Of a DNA stretch of 64,000 nucleotides, positions 26,480 through 38,111 are shown one piece after another. The DNA lies in assembly GCA_002633005.1 (NCBI GenBank), contig NMRA01000013.1, forward strand, positions 1,206,618-1,270,617, written 5' to 3'. The translations under genes and the position numbers were made by a program. Position 1 is the stretch's first letter; each line of letters starts with the position of its first letter. The notes under the pieces are model-generated. The model was not told where the DNA came from, ran no database searches, and saw only the letters and a list, made by a program, of their open reading frames with translations. This DNA comes from Phoronis australis. Taxonomy: Eukaryota; Animalia; Phoronida.

Positions 26480-27066
26480 CCGAAAATAGTCGTCGTCCGT
26501 TGTCAATATCAAATAAACACACTTGTTAAATTTAGTAAAGATCCTGCAAACGGCCATGGGCGTAAAAAACGAAACTGCCTCTAGGAGGCGCCACAGTAGT
26601 CAAAGTCGGAAAATCATCGTCAACTGTCCTCTTCATATAGTAAAAACATACATGCCAATTTTCAGTCGTGCTTACAGCGGTTTGGTTGATAGAGGGGTGG
26701 GCGCTAAAAACAAGACTCGAAAACAGTAAAAATGGTCACTAGTTCGCACAAACTACGTCGAATCCATCCGAAAACGGGAGGATACCGTAGTCTCACTAAT
26801 AGATGCCTATATACCAAATTTTATGAAAATACGTTGAGAACCTTTAAAGAGGTAAACGTAAAAAACTAAAATTGCCACTAGGGGCACACCGGTAGTCCGA
26901 TCGCTCCGAAAGTTCGCTCATGCCGTCCCATCCATGAAAGGAACACGTGCTAATTCCATGAACATACATAAATCGGTTTTGGAGATAGAGCAGCGGACGC
27001 CCGACGGATGGACGGACGGAGATGACGCCTAATGCGTCCACATTTAAATATGTGGGCACATAAAAA
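26480..27066 (+). mobile_element. Helentron-associated/DINE-1-like interspersed element (copy 1)
   Basis: Internal tandem units with CCACTAG(G)nCGC and CAAATTTTATGAAAAT, a (GGAC)n microsatellite at about 26995-27020, a 3' hairpin CCACAT-ttaaat-ATGTGG (27038-27055) and an A-run. Confidence 0.55.
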
Positions 27067-28707
27067 TTATAATCCTGGCGTCATAATCAAGTGACGTAAC
27101 ATAATAGTGCATACAATAAATTTATTCGGTTGTTTGCCTCGTTCGAGATATCATCAAAAACGCTGTTCAGGTTAGATGAACGTTATTTTCTACAGAAAAA
27201 TATAGGCGTAATAACAACAACAACAACAATAAAATAATAACTTCATTTGAACGATTGGTCACCGGCCTACAGTTCAAAATAGAGTATACAAACTATATAT
27301 GTACGAACACAGCTGTAAAAAAATAACATTTCGTTTCTTTTAACTATACTTTGAAATTTTTTTAAAAGTGTTTGCTGTTTTCTCGTAAAAAGAGACCTCA
27401 TATCGTGGCAGCAGGGTATGAATCCATTTCTCAAATCTACCGTTATTGGACAATGTACATGTAGCATGAAATGCGTTCTGCCTCAATGTCTCCTTATTAG
27501 AAATGTTACGTCTTGTTTCATTTCAAGAATACCATTTCTTGTGCCGTTTTCAGTTTCTAATGTGTGAGTTGAACATCTAATGTTCGCTCTGCAAGAAATT
27601 TGCTCCGGCGTCATCTCCCCACATACATGCTTTTCGCAAGACAACTTAGACTTAACTCCCCTGCAAAATTCACACATTTATTTTGTGTTTTCTAATACCG
27701 GAAACCAACTTTGAAATTGAACATCTCTCAGCCTTTGTTTGAATTTCGACAGAAATATTGTACATCACCGACTCCCTATTTCAAACACACATGACCGAAA
27801 CCAGTTGTATCTGACAAATTTTTAATACAGTTACACCAATTATTTTCATATAACATCAATGAACATAGTTTTGGAAATCTATCATTTTGCCTTTTCAATA
27901 TTTTCAAAAAATATTTTATAAGCCTACACATATAAGATACAGACAAGTCATGCCGGCTACATTACCCCTTCGCCATCACGTTGGTCGTCTTTATAACACT
28001 AGACAAAATTTTGTTTGAACATTTTCAGTTTTTTTTCTGTGGCTAGTACCCCATATTTCTGTTCCAAAGAATAAAATGGGTGCTATCATTGTATCAAACA
28101 ATTTAAAAGCTACCAATGCATTTCTTCTTGGTCCCATTCGTCACAGAAAGTGTTTCACTAAATTCGGCGCTTTTCATGCCTTTTGTACTAGTGTCCTGCA
28201 GCACGTTGTCCAACTTAATCTATTAGAAAACACAATCCCCAAATACTTATAGTAACTGCAAGTCTTCAAATCAATACCCCTGTAATACCATTTTCGGCTC
28301 TTTTCAATTGTCCACTTTTCTTGAAAACCCGGTGTTTGACGTCTGGATGTTTACAGACATTTTCCACTTTAAACATTTTTTTCTAGCCATCCAATCGTCT
28401 CGGTAACACAACAACATTGTCGCCAACTAGAATAACATCGTCGGCGTATAGTAATAAAAACACATTTTCAATGGCGGGGTCAACTTGAATATGCATATTA
28501 CTCAACTTTCCAGTTTTCATTTCAAAAGCAAGCTCACTCATGTACAAATAGAACAATAATGGGCTTAACATACAGCCTTGTCTAACTCCAGTCTTGCACT
28601 AAAAAAGGTTAATATGTTTTTTCCAATTCAGTTTTTATTTTAACATTTATAGTTCAATACACACTCTGTAGAATTCTTAGCAGTGGTCCAACCAAACCTT
28701 TTGATAT

Positions 28708-30508
28708 TTATCTAAAAATCATTCAACAAAGAATGGACTCACCGGAGACAGCCCAAGAGTTGTTATCTCTGCGGCGAAAGATGTTAAAGTTGAGTCCCGA
28801 TGAGTTGCCAGCAGTCACTGGTACGGTGCGCGGCTTTAGACGCTCTGCGGCTGGGTTAAAGATCTTTTATAGGCCTAACTATCCCCAATTCCCGTACCAG
28901 TATGAATTTCAAAAAATAACTTGACTTGGCTGCGTCAGATGTGATATGCGACGTTGATGTTGAAATTGCGCCATATTTTTTATGTTGATTTCCTTTGTTG
29001 GTTTATAATTCATATATTGCAATGTAGGCATCCTGGGGAGGCTTGGATGTACTTGTGACTGTAGAGTCGTCAAAATTTATCCATTCCCATGCTGACGATT
29101 TAACACAGCATGTATAATGACCACCCGTCGTCTTTCTTCCATGGTGTTCAATGACTGCTTTTATTTTGTAGCCGGAGAGGTCATACGAGGAAATCTTTGT
29201 GTTGATTTTTTCACCATTAGTCGCGGTACGTAAGATATGAATACAAAGGTATTTTGGCGGTTTTACTAATGACCATGTGAGCTGGCCACTGAGACTATTA
29301 CAGTTTGGGCAACTAAAGTCCTCGATGTCCAACGACGTCCACAAGCTGTGCCACAACTCCTGCATAGTTATTTCTTTCCTTAGCGTTGGGAGGTAGACGG
29401 TCAACTCCCAGTCTATCTGTGTTTTTTCCTTTGTTGTTGTGCAGTTATTACAGCTCCTAGTTTGCTTCTTCACGTGTTGGAAGGTACTAGTAACCTCAGA
29501 CGTTACATTATCAGCGTTGTGAGCAAGTGTGTCAACGTGCCATTGGTTCAGTAACCATAGTAAAAATTCATGGGCATCCTGTTGACTTCCGTTGCCAAGA
29601 GAGTTGTTCTGTAATCTTAGTTTATTCAAAATTTCAGACGGAGTTGATGTATACCTTTTAGTTGCTTCATATGTGTTCACAAGGATGGTTTTCATATTGT
29701 TTTTCTTGTTGATATTGTATTTGTGCCAGTTGAGGTTGCATGAAAAGATAGCTTGAAGTGTAGAGTTCACAAAACACGTGTTTCCAATATTGCAAAGACC
29801 AAATCTTTTATCTTTTGTTGATTTTTCGTTTGTCTTCCTTGATATCGGGGATGACGAAGTAGCTAATTGTGTTTCAATCTTGGGCTTAGAAATGTTGCAG
29901 AGTTGCCATTCTGTAAATTGCTTGTTATTTCTTGATAAATATATTGTATAGCTACATCTAAGAGCTGTCTGAGATGCCGTTTGGTATGTTTGTTTTTTGA
30001 TTTCTTTGGGGACCTCGAGGAAATTCATTAGCTTCTTTAATGATTTGTAGATGAAGCCTCTACTTCCAACTTCAACAGGGAACAGAACTGTTTGCCATCC
30101 TGCGTTTTTACATTCTTCGACGAGATTTGTATATTTCATTCTTTTTCTCAGGTGTGCTGATTCCATATTGTCTTCTGCTGGTATTGTAAGTTCTATTAAA
30201 ACTGCTATTTTTGCCTGAATTGACCATAACACAATGTCAGGTCTTAATGCCGAATCTGTTATTTCAGATGGGAATATAAGAGGCGTTTCTGTACAATCTT
30301 TAATTAGTTTCCAATCGTTGGTCTTGGCTAGGAAGTGGGTCTGTTCTTTGAATTTCGGCTCTGTTCTGTTATTGTCGAAGTACAAACCGTTCTTTGACTT
30401 AAATCTGATTGCTGTTTCAGTTATAGGCTTTGGAGGGTGTTGAACTACTACATTGATAGCATCAAATATTATTGCTAGGACTTGGTCATGTCGCCAAGTG
30501 TAGCGACC
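28708..30508 (-). mobile_element. 5'-truncated HERO-clade (RLE) non-LTR retrotransposon carrying a C-terminal USP domain
   Basis: Begins at GRYTWRHDQVL, followed by RLE motifs RPDIVLWS, IELTIPAE, RKRMKY and FPVEVGSRGF. About 295 nt of 3' UTR. The host LINE frame rejoins across it (…KMFYIL | ISKGLVGPLLRILQSVY). Confidence 0.8.
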
Positions 30509-30523
30509 TAGTATATAGAACAT
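29003..30523 (-). CDS. Restriction-like endonuclease fused to a ubiquitin-specific protease (peptidase C19), 506-aa open ORF
   Basis: Cys box GLCNIGNTCFVNSTLQ (C250), QQDAHEFL, CxxC...CxxC, His box HHGRKTTGGHYTCCVK (H469), WINFDDSTV (D485/D486) and terminal AYIAIY. The first five codons (MFYIL) derive from the host LINE. Confidence 0.85.
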   Translation of the reverse strand: MFYILGRYTWRHDQVLAIIFDAINVVVQHPPKPITETAIRFKSKNGLYFDNNRTEPKFKEQTHFLAKTNDWKLIKDCTETPLIFPSEITDSALRPDIVLWSIQAKIAVLIELTIPAEDNMESAHLRKRMKYTNLVEECKNAGWQTVLFPVEVGSRGFIYKSLKKLMNFLEVPKEIKKQTYQTASQTALRCSYTIYLSRNNKQFTEWQLCNISKPKIETQLATSSSPISRKTNEKSTKDKRFGLCNIGNTCFVNSTLQAIFSCNLNWHKYNINKKNNMKTILVNTYEATKRYTSTPSEILNKLRLQNNSLGNGSQQDAHEFLLWLLNQWHVDTLAHNADNVTSEVTSTFQHVKKQTRSCNNCTTTKEKTQIDWELTVYLPTLRKEITMQELWHSLWTSLDIEDFSCPNCNSLSGQLTWSLVKPPKYLCIHILRTATNGEKINTKISSYDLSGYKIKAVIEHHGRKTTGGHYTCCVKSSAWEWINFDDSTVTSTSKPPQDAYIAIYEL

Positions 30524-33339
30524 TTTTTCTGTTTTAATTTTATCGAATCAAATGGCTTGCTGAGTCATGACATTTTACTGTAACAGTCGATCTGAATATT
30601 TTTAAGCCAGTTTCAAAATTTGTAGCCTCTGCGAGGTTGGTTTGTCAAGAGCTTATAACACTTGTTAGTCGCTGTGAACGCGACAGTTACAGAAGGTATA
30701 ACTCATTAAGTGACGACTGTTGTCAAATTTCGCCAGTCGATATAAGCACAATAACATGGTTTTGATTTTTGTCTCGATCAATATCTTCCAACCAATGTTG
30801 TCTACCGTTGAATACTGTTCTCTGAAGCCAGTTTGCTTTTCTACCAATAATTTCTTTACATACACCCACGGTTTTAGTCTTTTATTCAACACTGACGTAA
30901 TAACTTTTCTTACAACACTCAACAGTGTTATACCAGGTTCTGCTGCATTGCCAGATTTAAATGAAGGTAAAATTATACAAGTTGGCCATTTCATAGAAAA
31001 GTAACGTTTGAAAGTATACCGATAGTCTGTAACAGCAGACCATTAATTCTATCCATCGAAAATTTATAGAATTCTACTGGGATTCCGTCTACACCTGGAC
31101 TTTTACTGTTTTGCATACTTTCAACCGATTCACCAACTACATCTTCTGGAATATCTTTTTTAAATGGAAACATATCCTCTCTGTTATTGTTTACATCTAC
31201 AGTTCGTAATTCTCCCGACCTCATAATCAAGTGCAGGTTCTGACACAAATATAGATAGGTATTTATGTACGAGTACAGAAGACGTGAAATATAATCTGGA
31301 ATGTCCCGTCATGACGGCTGAGTACAAGCGGTAGAGTTTCCAATCATGGCGCTGGACTCGAAATTCACCATCACAGGCGACGGGAAAAGGAGATTTTATC
31401 TGGTTATTTATGGGGTGCACTACATTTTTCAAGAACGGTGTTACATGAAACGAGGCTGCACGCCTTTTCCAGCGTGCCACCAGTGAATGTCCCAAACTAA
31501 GGTGTTTAGACACATAAACCAACGTTTTGTGACTTGCACTATGAAATAGTCGTCGTGTGAGTACAATTTGTTTACCTCAAACCAGCTTCGCAAACCGGTT
31601 ATAAACTGTGCGATGAAGTGGAAGTGGGTCTCAGATGTGTTTTTGTCAAAACAGCGAGTGTCGTGCTAGATGGCGGTAAGATGGAGAACCACAGAGTAGG
31701 TTTTTTGTAGTTATCTAATTAAAGTGATGGAACTTCTAGTGAGCTATGACGTATTTGACAGAAAAGTCGTGAAAGTAATATCATTACGACATTAGTTTGG
31801 GTTGTCAAAAATATCAAAAAACCAGCAAATGCTCTGTATGAATTGTCTTAAGAGATTACAAAAAAAATAAAAAATGCGACGTTGTTGGACGAGTTGACAT
31901 TGGAAAATTTTGCAAGATTGAACTCTTAAAGCTGCTATATGCCTGTCCTCTGTTAAAAATTTTATCGAATACTTTACTTACAGTTAAAATGGTTTCAGTT
32001 TAATCCTTACTGTGATTAGAAGTGACTTCTGGTATTCGAAAAACAACAACTCGATACCTTTCAGGGTCAGGGACCTGTCTCTCTAAAACGTATCAAATTG
32101 ATTCAAAAACATTTTAAATGGAGACTTACAACCAGTCTTACACATTCAATGTTGAAAAAATGTAGTAAAGTTTCGTCATTTAAGTGAATCTCAATTCATT
32201 GGCTTGACCAGGTGTCGAGTATTGACTCAAACAATAAGGAGTTGTCACTTCCTGAGCCCGATAGTCCCTTCTGAACTGAAAATTCTAAACTAAGAACAGT
32301 TCTACAGCGGAAGTTGTCTAAATTACAATCCAATCGTTTTTGGCAGAAGGCAGGTTTATAAAAGGTTGAGAGCAAATACGGATGGTGGTTCTACATCGAC
32401 CGTCACTGATCTTCCTGAAACTTAATGAGGTACTGAGTCTCCCCTAGATATGGACTACATGTAAGTCACCTTGAATTTTTCTGGCACAAGCCTCGTTTTC
32501 GTTTCTAAGCTGATCTTGCACACATGGCTTTTCCAATACTTATTTCTGTGAAAAAGTCCCAATTTTCAAGACTATTGAGACACCAACTTTTAAAAAAGTT
32601 AAGAGTAACTATGTATTCTTCTGTAAACTTTTCTGACCTTAAGATCCAGAAACACGTCTGATATTTAAGATAGAAATTTTAGTGTTTTTTTACTTAAAGT
32701 ACTGGTTTTTCAAAAACTGAGTTTACGAGAATTTTCAATAGGAAATTTTTAGCCGTTTCCAATGATAAAGCAAGCAAATAATATAGCATTTGTGAATATC
32801 AAACCAGTGTAATTTGACAGCATTGAGCTACTTTAGTACATACATCAAGTCAAAAGTTTGGTCTTTTCTCCGCTTAGTGGTTAACGTGTACATGTACTTT
32901 TACTGAGCACACCGTGCGCTATTTGACTATTCAGGTGCAGTGATTAGATATCAGTTTTGTAACGAAAATGCAGTACAGACATCACGATTTGTATACGTAT
33001 AGTGGGTTTGAATGTATTTAGAGGGTCTTGGGATCATCGGAAGCCCAAGTAGGGGAGATTGGGGGAAGATGAGCCGTTGTCCTTCCTAAGTATTCTGGTC
33101 ACAACATTCACACAAAGTAGCACAAAAGGGGATGGCAAGATTGAAATTCGTGATGGTTGTGGAGGTTCGGCGGGTGGAGACTTTGGTCTGTCAACAAATT
33201 ACGAAGCGTGATTATACAAATGAAGCGAGGCCTTCGTGTGTAAAATACATTGCATTAGAGTGTGGCGTGAAACTAGAAAACATACAAGAGCAACGCGGAG
33301 CGCTCAAATGCGCCCACGAATGCACCGCAAACGTGTGCT

Positions 33340-34175
33340 TCTAGGGGTGTTTATTTGGAACATAAAAATGGCAACTAGATGGCGCAAAATATGTCGAATC
33401 CATCTGAAACCTATTTTATCAAAGTTCATAAAAATCCGTCAAGGAGCTTCTGAAAACCCCAGGAAAACGGAAAAATGAAATTGCCACTAAGAGGCGCCAC
33501 AGTAGATAAAGTCGACGGAAAAGCATCGTCAGACTTCCTCTTCATGCCAGTTTCCACAACCATCCTTAGAGTGGTTTGGTTGACAGAGGGGTAGACGCCA
33601 AATAACAAGACTCGAAAACAGTAAAAAAGGCCACTAGGTGGCGCAAAATACCACCAATCAAACCGAAATCCAGAGGATAGCGTCAACTCACTAATAGATA
33701 CCTATCTGCCAAATTTTATGAAAATCCGTTGAGGACCTTTGAAGATAGAGGTAAAAGTAAAAACTAAAATTGCCACTAGGGGGCACACCGGTAGTCGGAT
33801 CCATCCGAAAGTCATCGTCGATTGTTGTCAAGTTCATAAAAATACATTTGCTAAATCTAATAAAGATCCTACAGAGGGTTTAGGAGATACAGCCATACGC
33901 GTAAAAAACTGCCACTAGGAGGCGCCACGGTTGTCAAGGTCGTCAGAAAATCATCGTTAGCCCTCATCTTCACATTAGGAACATACAAGTTAATTTCCGC
34001 AATCATCCTTAGTTTGGTTGACAGAGGGGCAGATGCCTAAAAACGGAAACGAAAATAGTAAAAATGGCCACATGGTGACGCAAAATGCCTCGAATTTAAT
34101 TAAAAACCAGATGATAGCGACACTTCGCTAATTGATGCCTACATGTATTAGTTCTGCCAAATTTTATGAAAATCG
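33340..34175 (+). repeat. Interspersed Helentron/DINE-1-like family (copy 2)
   Basis: Shares AACAAGACTCGAAAACAGTAAAAA, CTCACTAATAGAT and AAATTGCCACTAGGGGGCACACCGGTAGTC with 26480-27066. Confidence 0.7.
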
Positions 34176-35559
34176 ACGAGAATACTGGGACATCAGAATT
34201 CTAAAGGTGGTCTTTCATGAATTTTTTCAAAAATACAATATTCACAGACTGTTTAACGTTATACCTTAAATTTCAAATGAAGCTTGGAATGTTTCTTTAA
34301 TGCATTATTTATGTGCTAGAGTAAGTTGCAAGTTGTTTTGGACAGCTCCGACTGATTTCAATTAATCGACAAATTTTAGGCCTTTTAATTTTCGATGCTT
34401 AAACATGCCCTGAATATACAGTGCATGTGGGTTTGTGTGGACTTACATGAGCTTGAAACATAACGTGCGGGCATAAGAATCATACTTGTTGTATAAGCGC
34501 AATATTTACGCTCATACATACCCCATTATGGAAATGAGATCTTTTTCAAAGAAATTTTTTGTCCAAGTCTTTCGCAACGAAGCGCATGCACCTAAGATTT
34601 TTCCATAGGTAGTCAGCAATTCCTCATCAAGAATGTGCATGTGATAAACTGAGTGTTTTTGTACCTCTTTTATCTGTTCAGTACCTATCATTTAAATCAC
34701 GAATTACTTACTATAAGTCTGAAGTTTGAGAAATACGATGAACAGCAAAATCGCCCATGTCCCAATTTAAGAATCAACTTGTCTAACTTCAGAACATCAT
34801 ATCTCAAAAATGGCTGATCGGATTCATATGAAACGCTCAGGTACTATTTTTATGCATGTTTCTGTAAAACTACATTAGGAATTGTTTTCAAATTCTTCCA
34901 CTTATGCATGACGCGTTATCAAAAATAATGGCTTTTAATTTTTATAAAAAAAATAAAAGTTGCATAAAATGAAACCAAATGATAATATAGAAAATTTTAA
35001 CAGTGCCTATGAGTTATCCTGTTGATAATTTATATCAACTGAACACTGGTCATGTTATTTATACCATTATTATGAATATACATCTCTTTTTGCTAAATTC
35101 TGCTGAAAATGCATGGATGGTCATGTGACCCAATTAATGGAGTATAGGTAAAAAGTCATTAATCAAATTGCGCTGCCTATCTACTTTCAAAATGGGTTTT
35201 GTAGATATTCTGCAAAACACTAAGTCTTGCCATTAGGTCCAACATAACCTTAAATTTACAAAGATGAAAGTCAAGGACTGAGAAAAAAGATGCATTAAAT
35301 GTCTCATGCAAGATGTGTATATGTTCACGGGACCCACACGCACTAAACTGACTTAGCGCAAAACCGCGACCAATAAAAATACCTTAATTTGCATTTAACT
35401 GTTATAATGTATGTAATATTTTTGATGCTCAGATATAAAGCCTTCTACTTTTTTCTGGGCTTAACTCTTGTTAATGTAATTGCGTTTTTTATAATAAAAA
35501 TTAAAAAATAACAATGCCGAGCGTTGAAATGCACACACAGCAGCAACGCAAACAGTGAA

Positions 35560-36035
35560 ATTCTAGGGTGTCAAAAAGTGCACCCTTATGGCGTAGAATA
35601 TGTCAAATCTATCCCAACATTGATAGATGCCATCTCCATCACAACAGAAGCTTGCTTGCCACATTTCAATGAAAACTGTCAAAGAACTCTAAAGATATAT
35701 ATATACAATCATAAAAACGTTAACTGCCACTGAGGGCACAGCGGTAGTCACAACCATCCAAAAGTCGTAGGTAGCCATAGTCGCAAAAAACTTATTCTTG
35801 CAAAATGTCACAAAGATCCTTCAAAAGAGTAAGAAGATACATCAAGGAAGCAATAAAGACAAAAATCGCAACCAAGAGACACCACAGTTGTCACATCCGT
35901 CTAAAATCAATGATTCCTTAACAGGAGAAAAAATTAATTCTGAAAAATAAAATAGCCACTAGGAGGTGCAAAATTACATCAAATCGACAAGAAACTAGAA
36001 GACGATAGTCCTCACTTTAATAGAACCTACATGCG
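35560..36035 (+). repeat. Same interspersed family, diverged (copy 3)
   Basis: TGCCACTGAGGGCACAGCGGTAGTC, ACCATCCAAAAGTC and GCCACTAGGAGGTGCAAAAT units. Confidence 0.55.
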
Positions 36036-36329
36036 GCGGACATTAAAATCCAAAGCGAGGCTCACTGTTTAATTTGTTGATCAAGAATATTAAAATCAAG
36101 CATAGCCTGATCCTATGCACTCCCTGTGACTAACAGTTGATTTGTCATTGATCTGAAAGAATAATTGATGTTATTAAATATATTTTTTATTAAAATAATA
36201 AACCAGACTCGTAATTGAAAATAAAAAATATTTGACCACCAATTCTGCTTTCTTGGTTGTAATAATTCTTACGTCTATTTCATGTGTTAGATTTCAAGTA
36301 TCAATTTGGACCAAGTTGAATTTTAAAAT

Positions 36330-37037
36330 NNNNNNNNNNNNNNNNNNNNNNNNNNNNNNNNNNNNNNNNNNNNNNNNNNNNNNNNNNNNNNNNNNNNNNN
36401 NNNNNNNNNNNNNNNNNNNNNNNNNNNNNNNNNNNNNNNNNNNNNNNNNNNNNNNNNNNNNNNNNNNNNNNNNNNNNNNNNNNNNNNNNNNNNNNNNNNN
36501 NNNNNNNNNNNNNNNNNNNNNNNNNNNNNNNNNNNNNNNNNNNNNNNNNNNNNNNNNNNNNNNNNNNNNNNNNNNNNNNNNNNNNNNNNNNNNNNNNNNN
36601 NNNNNNNNNNNNNNNNNNNNNNNNNNNNNNNNNNNNNNNNNNNNNNNNNNNNNNNNNNNNNNNNNNNNNNNNNNNNNNNNNNNNNNNNNNNNNNNNNNNN
36701 NNNNNNNNNNNNNNNNNNNNNNNNNNNNNNNNNNNNNNNNNNNNNNNNNNNNNNNNNNNNNNNNNNNNNNNNNNNNNNNNNNNNNNNNNNNNNNNNNNNN
36801 NNNNNNNNNNNNNNNNNNNNNNNNNNNNNNNNNNNNNNNNNNNNNNNNNNNNNNNNNNNNNNNNNNNNNNNNNNNNNNNNNNNNNNNNNNNNNNNNNNNN
36901 NNNNNNNNNNNNNNNNNNNNNNNNNNNNNNNNNNNNNNNNNNNNNNNNNNNNNNNNNNNNNNNNNNNNNNNNNNNNNNNNNNNNNNNNNNNNNNNNNNNN
37001 NNNNNNNNNNNNNNNNNNNNNNNNNNNNNNNNNNNNN
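36330..37037. other. Assembly gap (708 N)
   Basis: Run of N. Confidence 1.
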
Positions 37038-38111
37038 GCGACAAAATATGATCTAACTTTTCGAAAACATTTATTTTACACGGACATATTTTGCTTCGTC
37101 GGCGTATGGCAACGACCCAACGCTTCCGAATCTAAACGTCTTTAGAGATTGTGAAGCGTGTCCGTATTTTTTCTAGCCGTTCGGGGAACAACACGGACTG
37201 AGACACAGACTCCTACAGTGTATGCCGATAAGCTAACAGAGCTATCGTAGCGAGCCTCGTTTTGGAACGCGCCTCCTGTCGGCGTGAATAGGGTCTATGG
37301 TCTATCCCTGAGAGAACCATGTCTCAAAAACTTTTTGTGACAACATCGGGAGTGATTTTAAAAGGAGATTTTCATGAGACTAGGCACTTTGTGTAATGAC
37401 AGAAGAAACGTTCAGTCAAAACTTGAAGGCATCAGCATTTTATTTTTTTAGAAACCAAAAATGATAATTTTCACAAAAACTACCAATTACGTGACGATAT
37501 GTAATTGTGCGATATTTGAAAGCCTGCATTAAGATTTTCAGTAATTGAAGATTCAGGAATGCTGAATGTAGACCTTAACTGATTGAAAATGAAGGACTAA
37601 AAAGTTTTTTTGGTGAAAATTGAAATGAATTCACAAAAGCTGACAAGTGCTAGAGAAAACTTAAGGTACGCAAGAAACCAAAAACATCATATCAGGATGC
37701 GCAGATATAATGAACAATTTACATTTAAAACGATTCTAAAAATTCAAACACCAAACTGGAAAATTCTGTTGAAGTTTTTTGCATTTCTTTGAAAAAATAT
37801 GTCATGCTATCAGCACCACATGAAAATTCGAGTTCCTTTTAACGTTACATGTCAAGTGTTATCAAGATTATAATGAACAGGAAGGCGTAGAGATTATAAT
37901 GCTCGCTGCTCAGTCCCACTCCATTTTGACACAGTTTTCATATCCTGTAACAAATGCCATAATTCTATTGGGTACTAGCTATCAGGAAGTGTTTGTTATT
38001 GATAAAAAATCACCATAAGTAACATCAAGACAGATTACATAGACATTACCTGAACTAGATGGCAGGGGAGTGGAATCACTAGCTTCTAGCAACTAAAAGA
38101 CTGAGATTAAC

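Larger units (their letters stand above)
27210..31250 (-). mobile_element. Decayed CR1/L2-group LINE ORF2 (reverse transcriptase), interrupted by the HERO-USP element
   Basis: Colinear broken motifs: KSPGVDGIPVEFYK, GITLLSV..K, QTGFREQYSTVDNI, YCAYID..KPFD, GVRQGCMLSPLLF, LLYADD, YKYLGI, KLFDTMIAPIL, RCSTHTLETENG. There are many stops and frameshifts, and a (TTG)n tail at about 27210-27240. Confidence 0.85.

Noticed and set aside
29003-29803. USP as an ordinary host gene or processed pseudogene
   Set aside because: It is in frame with the RLE, has no independent start or poly(A) tail, and lies within boundaries defined by the interrupted host LINE.
36232-37056. 274-aa and 247-aa ORFs in the track
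   Set aside because: Artefacts of translating the N gap.
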